Assembly (NCBI GenBank): GCA_965222115.1
Contig: CBDCTJ010000007.1
Location: 544,001 to 608,000, forward strand
Source of the DNA: Planctomycetota bacterium
Lineage (GTDB): Bacteria > Planctomycetota > PLA2 > JAEUHO01
Direction of reading: 5' to 3'
Length of the DNA: 64,000 nucleotides
Of the stretch, positions 30,666-39,030 are shown one piece after another (the stretch's first letter is position 1; every line of letters begins with the position of its first letter). Both the position numbers and the translations under genes were made by a program. The notes below the pieces were generated by a model that saw only the letters and a program-made list of their open reading frames with translations, made no database searches and was not told the origin of the DNA.

Positions 30666-31355
30666 ATGCATAAGTCGACGCGGGCGGGATCGCCGCCCTG
30701 GATCTGTCGCTGGGGCTACGATCGTGTGTACCAGACCATTCGAACGGCATTGCAACTCGTAAGTGCGCCGTTCCTGCGCATTCGCCTCGAAGGCCACCGG
30801 CCCAACATTCAAACTGGTGGCGTCCTGTTATGCGCCAACCACGAATCGTACTTTGACCCCGCCTTCATTCAGTTCGCGCTGCAGCGACGGCTGGTCTTTG
30901 TCATGACCAACGACTTCTATCGCGTACCCGGCATCTCATGGTTCTTTCGTTTGGTGCGCGCCATACCCGTGGCACGCGGTCGTATGGCCCGCCGCGGTCT
31001 CCGACGTGCTACCGCATTGGTTCGAGCAGGACACGCCGTAGCCATCTTTCCGGAAGGCCGCTTGTCGGTGGACGGCAATCTCAATCGGGCGCAACGCGGC
31101 ATTGCGCGCATCGCGCGGCGTACCGGTGTACCCGTGATCCCGATCGCACTTGTTGGCGCGCGTCGATCGTGGCCGCGCGGCACCAAGTTGCCACGACCGA
31201 GTTTGGTACGCGTTCGTTTCGGCAAACCCATGCGCTGGCCATTGCAAACGGATACGAGGCGGAATCGAGTACGCGATCAAGCCTTTGCCGATGACGTGAT
31301 GGCGGCGATCGCACACCTTCGTAGGTCGCCGATGGTCGCGCTTACACCGCCATAA
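30666..31355 (+). CDS. plsC: 1-acyl-sn-glycerol-3-phosphate acyltransferase family
   Basis: NHESYFD and IFPEGR motifs. Confidence 0.88.
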   Translation: MHKSTRAGSPPWICRWGYDRVYQTIRTALQLVSAPFLRIRLEGHRPNIQTGGVLLCANHESYFDPAFIQFALQRRLVFVMTNDFYRVPGISWFFRLVRAIPVARGRMARRGLRRATALVRAGHAVAIFPEGRLSVDGNLNRAQRGIARIARRTGVPVIPIALVGARRSWPRGTKLPRPSLVRVRFGKPMRWPLQTDTRRNRVRDQAFADDVMAAIAHLRRSPMVALTPP

Positions 31356-31450
31356 CACACACGGTGCCACAAGCGAAACTGCTCTAGAGAGAGGAACGCG
31401 CCCGTCGATAGGACGCTGACGCATAGGGCGCGTCGCGGTGGACTCCTCTC

Positions 31451-34400
31451 ATGGCCAATCACTCGGACCCGACAGGCGATACGCCTCAGGAACCGGCTGG
31501 AGCTGAGCCGCGCTTCGTACCACCGCTGCGTGCAGACCCCGCCGACACGCCAGAAGTGTCCGCGCCCATCGAACCCGCGGTGGCGCCACCTGAAACGGGC
31601 GATGTCATCGCGGCGCATTACAGGCTGGACGCTGAGATTGGTCGTGGCGCACACGGTCGCGTCTTCGTCGCCAATGACACCGCGCGGGGCAATGAACGTG
31701 TCGCGGTCAAGATTTGCAAGGCCTCCATGGAACCGCCGGATGAAGCGACTCGCCTTGCAGCGCGCACGTTGCGTTGGTTTCGACATCCGAATTGGGCCGA
31801 CATCTCGGATCAAGGCCTAACGAGTTCGCGCTACGAGTTTCAAGTCGCGCGCTTGGTGGATGGGCGCGGCCTCGACACGTTTCGTGGACCGCAACCCATT
31901 GAATTCGTGATGCGCTTCCTCGAAGACGCTGCCGAAGTACTCGACGCCATTCATCGTCTCGGCATCATTCACTACGATGTCACGCCCGCAAACTTCGTTG
32001 TGGAACAAGGTCCGCGCGGACTGACCTTTGTTCTGACCGATGGTGGACTGGCGTGTATGGGCGCCGTACGCGATGGCGGTCGCGGTAGCCCACTCTTTAT
32101 GGCACCCGAGCTAACGGTGGAGGGCGAACACGATCACCGGGTAGACCTCTATTCACTCGGTCTCGTCGCGTTCCGCCTTGCAACGGGCGGAAACCCCATC
32201 GATGGTGGCGCCGGCGAAGTCTTGGGCGAACGCCGTCGTCGTTCGGCGCCCTCAGCGCGACAGCGACGTCGTGACATCCCCACCGCATTGGATGCGCTTA
32301 TCGCGTCGCTCTTGGATCGTGAACCTAATCAGCGACCGGCCGATGCGCGCGCGTTAGCACGCCGCGTAGCCGACATTCGGGGCCGTAGCGGAAGGACGTT
32401 TGAGGCTGTGATTGCCCACCAAACGCGAGAAGGTCCGCTTGTTGGACGCGACGACATTGTCGCGACACTCGAACGTTCGCTGGGTCAACTCGCCTCGGCA
32501 CCCACAAAACGACGTGGTGTACGTCTGCAGCATGATGCTGTCATGCTCATGCACGGCATCTCGGGCGTTGGCTGCACACGCGTAGCACGTGAGTGCATCG
32601 ATCGCGCGCGGCAACGTGAACTCCCGGTCGTCTTGCTCTCGGGCCGGCACTCGGCCCATGGGCACGACGACCCGCTACGGCATGTCATGCGTCAATTGGA
32701 CGCGATCCAGGCGGGGGCAGGCGGAACACCGCGGCCACGTCGGGAACGCAAACGCAATCACGACGCCATGGTGGAACAATTGCTTCGCCAGTGGGAACGC
32801 GTCGCACGCGACTGCCCGTTCATTATGGTGGTGACGGATTATGGCGAGCTCGCACCCTCCCTTCAGCGCGCGGTGCATGTAATCGCTCGATTCTTGTTTG
32901 CGCGTAGTGAACAGTCGCGCATGCGGCCTGCGATCGCATCCATGCTGTTTGTAGACCTTGGCGACGCCAGTCCCGACCCGCTTCTCAATCCCGATGCCGA
33001 AGATCGAGAGGCACCGGTAACCCGCCTCTCGCCGTTGTCGGCGCGGGACGTTGAACGATTGGTCGCAACACGCTTCCCCGGCTTTTCCTTGGAGGCGCGA
33101 GAGCGGTTACTGCTCCACGAACGCAGCGAGGGTCTCCCGCGCGACGTCGTGGCCCTTGTGGGTGAAGCAGGACGGCGCGGTGACTTTCTTCCGGCGGAAG
33201 GCTCATGGACGTGGCGAGTTCATGAGTTGGAGCGCTACCCCACCGTTCGACCGCTTGATCCGGTCTACCTGCAAGCGTGGGATGCACTTCCACGAGACGC
33301 GCGGACTGTGCTGCGCTCGCTCGCGTTGGCACGGGAGCCCGTGCGTTGCGACGTGCTTGAGGCGGCGTTCGCTCATGAACCGGTTACGGTTGCCCGCCAT
33401 TCACCGCTTGCCAACGTCATCGAACGCGATGGCCATGCATCACTCGCACTCGCTTCACGGGGCGTGCACAACCTCGCAGACACTCATACGAGTGACGGCC
33501 CGGAGACGCTTGCCACAGCTCTACTCGATGCCCATCAGCGTCTTGACGTTTCGCTCAGTCCGCTGGCTCGCGCGCGGCTCCTTGCGCATACCGGTAAACT
33601 CAACGAGGCGCTCATGCACCTCGCCTCCGAAACGCGCGATGCGCGTGAACATCTTCGTGCGAAGAACTTTGACTGGGCCCGCGAACAACTCGAACGCCAT
33701 CCCAATCTTCTGGACCATCCGACGCTGCACGCTTCGTGGGTCAATCTCCTAACGCGTTCTCCAGCCGCAATCGACATTGCCATGCGCCTCAGCACGTGCC
33801 TCGATCCTGCCATCGCGGGCTACGACACGGCGCGCGCCCTCGCGAAAATCATGCATCGCGAAAATCGCTACGACGAAGCATTGGCCTTCCTCAATCAACA
33901 CGAAGCTACCTGGCCGACCGACCCCAAATCACGCACGCAGTTCCACCTTGAACGCGCAAAGATTTTCCTCTCCCTACGCCGTATCGACGACGCCAAAACC
34001 ACACTCCGCGACGCTCGCCACGCCCTCCACCAACTCCCCAATCGTGGACGGGGGGAGGGGGAGTTGATGGGTCGGTATCTCAATATACTTGGTAGCTGTC
34101 ACCAGTTTGGCGGGAACCTAGAGAACGCAAAGAGAGTGTGGTCACTAGGGGAGTCTGTAGCCCGCAGCACGAAGAATCTGGCAGTCCTTGCAAGTACGTT
34201 GAACAACATCGGTATTGCCCTTCATAGAAGTGGGAACCGGACCGAATCAGCGGATTACCTTCGACGTTCACTACGATTGTATCGTGGTCTGTACAAGATG
34301 GATCGCGTCGCGCTCGCAGAGTACAATCTAGGCACCATTGAAGTATCAAACGGAAAATTGGCGTCAGGAATTAGGCGCCTAAAGACCTCCGCAAGTATTT

Positions 34401-37006
34401 CCATGCGCTACGGGCAACTTCAACGGCTATCGAGCGCACTAGTTTCCCTCGCACATGCGTACGATCAGGAATCGAATCCTTCGCTCGCAAATACGACCCT
34501 TCGCCGCGCACTGCGAGAAGCAATTTCTAGCAAGGCTCACTATCGAATCTCTAGTGTATCTCAGAGACTCGCGCCGTTGTCCGCAGCGTTGGGAGACGCA
34601 CAAGGTTCCAGATCGGCGCTCCAGTGTAGTGCGCGTGCTTCGCGAGCTTCCGAAGACTGCCGATTTGGACACTTCCTTGCATCCGCCCTTTCGAATCTCT
34701 ACCTGGGTAAGCGAGCCGACGCAAGAGTGTCGCTCATGCGTGCGGCGAGACGCGCGCCTAAGCGCCAACTTCGCGAGGCACAAGTAGTCCTGATTCTTAT
34801 AAAACTCCTAGACGCCACCAACTGCCGTTACACAAATACTGTCGACACGACCTCAATCTCTGAGCACCTCACGTGGTGCATAGATTCAGCTACGTGGGAT
34901 ACCAAATATGCTCCACTTGATAAACTTAGTCCTGCATCCACACCTGAAAGCGGTACGCTCCGCAGGCTAAAGGCCGAAGTCGTATTGTGGTCTGCAATCA
35001 ACCGCTCTCCAGTTGGCGATGTCGTCCAAAAAGACTTAGGTCACATGACGGCTCGCCTTAGGCGCTCAGGGGAAAAGGCAATTCTGGCGCGTGCTCTTTC
35101 ACTTCAATCAATGCTGCAAATCGACGGGATACAGAGTGGAAATGGTGCGCACCTCCTGTCTGATGCACTTCAAGAGTGGCAAAGCAATGCTCAGTCACAC
35201 TCGATTCCTCTCGAATTCGTACTGACGTACAATTGCCATGCGAAGCGACTCGGCTTGGCGCAAACTCACGCGTTAAAACGAGACTTAACTAGAACTGACC
35301 TGGAAGCTCTTGGCTATAGATTCCTCCGTGAGCACTCAAGTAGCAGCCCCGATGACAGCAGGATCTCTCGCGCACTTAAGCGCGTGGTGCAAGCGACTGC
35401 AGATCTCCGCGCCGATCATGACCTGTACCGATTGCTTAGAACCATGACGGAAGCGGTACTTGAAGTTACTGGGGCAGAAAGAGCATGCGTGGTGCGCGTC
35501 ACTGAAGATGGCGGCCAAGAGATTTGTGTCGCGTCAAACTCGATTGGAGACACGGTCCCGCCCCCTTCGGTTGTAAACCTATCTCAAACTGTAATCGACA
35601 GAGTGATGAGATCTCGCTCGCCATTGCTTCTACACGATGTGTTCGATGACGATGAGTTGATGATGCGACCGAGTATTACAAAGCTATCTCTTCGCACACT
35701 GCTTTGTGTGCCAATGGTCCGAAGTGGCCATCTGTATGGTGTTCTCTACGCGGACAGCACATCTACAGCTGCTAGTTTCGACAGCACTGACTTGGAAGTG
35801 TTTACTCTTTTCGCTGATCATGCCGCGGGCGCGCTTGAGTCTCAAAGATTGGTATCAAACCTGAAATTCTCTATGGAAGAGCTTCAGCGCGCTCAGGAGC
35901 AGTTGATACGAGGGGAGAGGCTACGAACGATAGGGGAGATTAGTAGCGGCGTCGCACACGAGTTCAACAATCTGTTAACATCAATTCTTGCTAGAGTCCA
36001 ACTACTTAGTATGACACCTATGGGTGAAGGGGTGGCCAGAGATCTCGAGTTAATCGAGAAGGCATGCATGGATGCGGCGGAAGTAGTGCGAAGGCTTCAG
36101 AGCTTCAGTAGGCGCGAGTGCGAGGCAGGTTTCGTCGAAACTGATCTCTGCCAGATCTGCCGCGATGCCGTGGAGTTCATGAAGCCCCTGTGGACTCATC
36201 GAAATCAGAGTGACGCTAACGCATTGATCGTATCAATCAATGCTCCGACATCACTCATGGTCAACGGATCGCCGACTGAGTTGCGGGAGGTGATTACGAA
36301 TCTCATCAAAAACTCACTAGATGCAACGGGCTATAGTGGATCAATCAAAATTCACGCCATTGAAGTTGGGGCTGAGGCTGTAATAGTAGTTTCAGATAAC
36401 GGACCAGGGGTTCCTGAGAAGTATCGAGACAAGATTTTCGATTCCTTCTTTTCAACGAAAGGAGAAAAAGGAACAGGGCTTGGTCTATGTCTATGTAAAC
36501 AGATCGTTGAGAGGCATGGAGGTAGCATTGAGCTTGCCTGCCCAGAAGTCGGTGGTACAGAAATTACAATAAAGCTTCCGATGCGAGCAGAGGCTCGTCC
36601 GACCAATACGTCTAGCATGCCGGAGAGTCCAGCCAAGGGTGTGCGGGTACTAGTTGTTGATGATGACGAAAACGTCCGTACACCGCTAGCCAAGTTCCTC
36701 TCTAAAGAAGGCTTCGAAGTTTCATCGGCATCGGGGGGCGTTGAGGGGTTAGAGATGATCCCTCGGTCTAATCCACATGTAGTGATTAGCGACCTTAGTA
36801 TGCCAGAGATGGATGGCATCGAATTCTGTCGTCATCTAGCGGCCAGACATCCTCTGACGCCTATTGTCCTCATGACGGGTCGAAGCAATCTCATTAATGC
36901 AGACAGACTGCGATCAACGGGCGCGTCTGCATTGATTGCCAAACCATTCTCTATGCGAAGCGTAACGAGACTGATTCATGATGTGCTGGCAGAGACACAG
37001 CGCTAG
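31451..37006 (+). CDS. Hybrid signalling protein: Ser/Thr kinase-like + STAND/AAA-like + TPR + GAF + HisKA/HATPase + REC
   Basis: IGRGAHGRVF, VAVK, HYDVTPAN, MAPE, DLYSLG; LVGRD..GISGVGCT; TPRs (STLNNIG, AEYNLG); GAF (LCVPM..GVLYAD); VAHEFNNLL, DNGPG, GTGLGL; VVDDD..SDLSMPEMDG..AKPF. Confidence 0.9.
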   Translation: MANHSDPTGDTPQEPAGAEPRFVPPLRADPADTPEVSAPIEPAVAPPETGDVIAAHYRLDAEIGRGAHGRVFVANDTARGNERVAVKICKASMEPPDEATRLAARTLRWFRHPNWADISDQGLTSSRYEFQVARLVDGRGLDTFRGPQPIEFVMRFLEDAAEVLDAIHRLGIIHYDVTPANFVVEQGPRGLTFVLTDGGLACMGAVRDGGRGSPLFMAPELTVEGEHDHRVDLYSLGLVAFRLATGGNPIDGGAGEVLGERRRRSAPSARQRRRDIPTALDALIASLLDREPNQRPADARALARRVADIRGRSGRTFEAVIAHQTREGPLVGRDDIVATLERSLGQLASAPTKRRGVRLQHDAVMLMHGISGVGCTRVARECIDRARQRELPVVLLSGRHSAHGHDDPLRHVMRQLDAIQAGAGGTPRPRRERKRNHDAMVEQLLRQWERVARDCPFIMVVTDYGELAPSLQRAVHVIARFLFARSEQSRMRPAIASMLFVDLGDASPDPLLNPDAEDREAPVTRLSPLSARDVERLVATRFPGFSLEARERLLLHERSEGLPRDVVALVGEAGRRGDFLPAEGSWTWRVHELERYPTVRPLDPVYLQAWDALPRDARTVLRSLALAREPVRCDVLEAAFAHEPVTVARHSPLANVIERDGHASLALASRGVHNLADTHTSDGPETLATALLDAHQRLDVSLSPLARARLLAHTGKLNEALMHLASETRDAREHLRAKNFDWAREQLERHPNLLDHPTLHASWVNLLTRSPAAIDIAMRLSTCLDPAIAGYDTARALAKIMHRENRYDEALAFLNQHEATWPTDPKSRTQFHLERAKIFLSLRRIDDAKTTLRDARHALHQLPNRGRGEGELMGRYLNILGSCHQFGGNLENAKRVWSLGESVARSTKNLAVLASTLNNIGIALHRSGNRTESADYLRRSLRLYRGLYKMDRVALAEYNLGTIEVSNGKLASGIRRLKTSASISMRYGQLQRLSSALVSLAHAYDQESNPSLANTTLRRALREAISSKAHYRISSVSQRLAPLSAALGDAQGSRSALQCSARASRASEDCRFGHFLASALSNLYLGKRADARVSLMRAARRAPKRQLREAQVVLILIKLLDATNCRYTNTVDTTSISEHLTWCIDSATWDTKYAPLDKLSPASTPESGTLRRLKAEVVLWSAINRSPVGDVVQKDLGHMTARLRRSGEKAILARALSLQSMLQIDGIQSGNGAHLLSDALQEWQSNAQSHSIPLEFVLTYNCHAKRLGLAQTHALKRDLTRTDLEALGYRFLREHSSSSPDDSRISRALKRVVQATADLRADHDLYRLLRTMTEAVLEVTGAERACVVRVTEDGGQEICVASNSIGDTVPPPSVVNLSQTVIDRVMRSRSPLLLHDVFDDDELMMRPSITKLSLRTLLCVPMVRSGHLYGVLYADSTSTAASFDSTDLEVFTLFADHAAGALESQRLVSNLKFSMEELQRAQEQLIRGERLRTIGEISSGVAHEFNNLLTSILARVQLLSMTPMGEGVARDLELIEKACMDAAEVVRRLQSFSRRECEAGFVETDLCQICRDAVEFMKPLWTHRNQSDANALIVSINAPTSLMVNGSPTELREVITNLIKNSLDATGYSGSIKIHAIEVGAEAVIVVSDNGPGVPEKYRDKIFDSFFSTKGEKGTGLGLCLCKQIVERHGGSIELACPEVGGTEITIKLPMRAEARPTNTSSMPESPAKGVRVLVVDDDENVRTPLAKFLSKEGFEVSSASGGVEGLEMIPRSNPHVVISDLSMPEMDGIEFCRHLAARHPLTPIVLMTGRSNLINADRLRSTGASALIAKPFSMRSVTRLIHDVLAETQR

Positions 37007-39030
37007 ATTCCCAAACTAACCATAAGACAGCGGTACTACTTCTCTGCCGTGTATTAGTCGACGAAGTCCGGCTCAAGTTCGGGTTCCAAGAAGGAAAAAC
37101 AAATCGCTCCCTCGCCCAGGAGAACGTCTGCAACGTAACCGCCGTTGGGCAGTGGAATCAAGACTGAGTGCTCCCAGTCATCAGTCACTCCGCCCCCAAC
37201 GGTCAGCCCGATCGAATCGAACACGACGAAGGGCGTTCCCGGCTCACATGCCAAGAACAGTTCAGCCTCGAAACAACTCAAGTCGTAACTCACGGACACG
37301 TGGTCAGTGAAAGTTGTATTCGCACTTGAAGTAGAGGTGAATGAGAGCAACGCAAGAAAGATGGCGGCGACCAAGACATTTAGTTTGCGGGGCATTTGTA
37401 AGCTCCAAGGCTGCTGAACTGCGTCTACCAAATTAGACATTTGATTCGACAATTCAACGCTCGTCCAAATGGATACACAAACACAATACTAACCTGCGCC
37501 CAAGATTGCAATTTTCAGGCTAAAGCTGCGAACATCTTCCAATGATTCCGCGCACGGCAGCCTTGCGATGACGAGCAGGGCGTTCAGGAAACCAATGCTG
37601 GTACTAGCTGCAGCTCCGGGCTGTAGCAGGAACCGGTGCCTTAAGGGCAGGGGAAGTGTCAGGGTTGGTCAGAGATCGTGGATTCGAATGAATGGCAACG
37701 AACTCGTTGAGCGAGGGCCTGCACTCATACGCTCAATCGTCCACCGCATTTCATGCGTGGCTTGCCAATCACCATTGCCTCGCGTTGTCGTTGTTCGGTT
37801 TGATCCTGGCAGCCCATTACACATGTTGCTGACTGGCTGCCTAATGTCGATCACAGACCCGACTCCGAAATCGATAGACGTCGTTAGGGAAACGATATCT
37901 AGAGAGCCTACCCAACATGCTCGTGAACCTGGAACTACCGCTAGATGGATGTATGAAAATTGCTTGCGCGGTGAGTATTGGGAGAGGCTTCTTAATATCA
38001 TAGAAAGAAGAAGCACAAGGGCTACAGCGCGATTAGTACTTAGTCGTGCGGTTAGGACCCCTACGAGAGATACGGCTCACATAGAGGAGGCGATTTTTCG
38101 CTCCGTCACGATCTTACTTGGAGCAGGAGAAACGAGTACTCGCGCCGCCCAGTACATGGCCTCACTTGCCCGATGCTCGCGGCTCATCAGAAAGCCAAAT
38201 CTCCGCGAGTACGCCTGGCTCCTGCGTAATCTCCCTAAGGACATCATTCCAGTCGCACGCAACTTGGCAAGCAGGGCTTTAAGCAACTACCAAATACGCC
38301 ACAATACTCCCGGCCACCCGAAAGCACTTCCGTCCGTAAAGAGAATGTGTGTGCGGCGACAAGCATTCACAAGATCGAGTAATGTCGGGGGTGTGTATGC
38401 CACGATCTTGAGAGGTTTCTATTGCGTTTCTCAAGATCCCCAAGTCATTTATTCAAAGATTGACTACCAAACTGGAGCAGCACTTCGAGGCTCGCCATAC
38501 GAGATGCTGATCCGCTCCTGCGTAGCTCGAATAGTTTACTCCATATTTGCACGCGGCTTGGCTAGTACACATCATTTACGACTCGCCGCGGCTCTAGTTG
38601 CACATCACTATCAAGAGACTCATATTCACCCAAATCTCGCGCAAGACCTGCTGGCCCCAAACATTTCGAAACGTGCTGCCTTCGGCCCCGTACACAGAAA
38701 GGCAAAGGTGCTCGCCGTCGCGCTCGACTCAAATAGAATGTCACGGCTGAAGCGAGAATCAAACGGCCGCGAAACACTAGAAGTCTCGCACCTATACTCA
38801 ATGGGAATCACCGGGAGTGCTTCAGGTCCCATCACCGTGTTGAACACCCCTACTGCACTCTTGCGCACACTGAGCGGGCTGTGGAATACGCGCTCGCGAG
38901 GGATCACGCCGCAGCGACTTGAGAAGTATCGCCGGCTTCCAGAGCACGCGGCAACCTACTCGACTTTGATACTGTTACAGGCGAATGCGCGAGCGGCAAC
39001 CGCAGCACACGCAATGCACTCGCTGCTTAA
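34050..39030. other. Lower-GC, atypical-codon block spanning parts of two genes
   Basis: Hand counts: lines 36301 and 36421 are 24/60 GC versus 40/60 at line 32161; frequent CTA/ACT/AGA/TTA codons; boundaries approximate. Confidence 0.8.
37054..37395 (-). CDS. Small secreted acidic protein (orphan-like)
   Basis: GGAG RBS; MPRKLNVLVAAIFLALLSFTSTSSA signal peptide; ~88-aa acidic mature region with 3 Cys. Confidence 0.7.
   Translation of the reverse strand: MPRKLNVLVAAIFLALLSFTSTSSANTTFTDHVSVSYDLSCFEAELFLACEPGTPFVVFDSIGLTVGGGVTDDWEHSVLIPLPNGGYVADVLLGEGAICFSFLEPELEPDFVD

Noticed and set aside
34050-39030. Diversity-generating retroelement, prophage or transposon as the cause of the low-GC block
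   Set aside because: No reverse transcriptase, template/variable repeat pair, integrase, transposase or terminal direct repeats were seen in the window.
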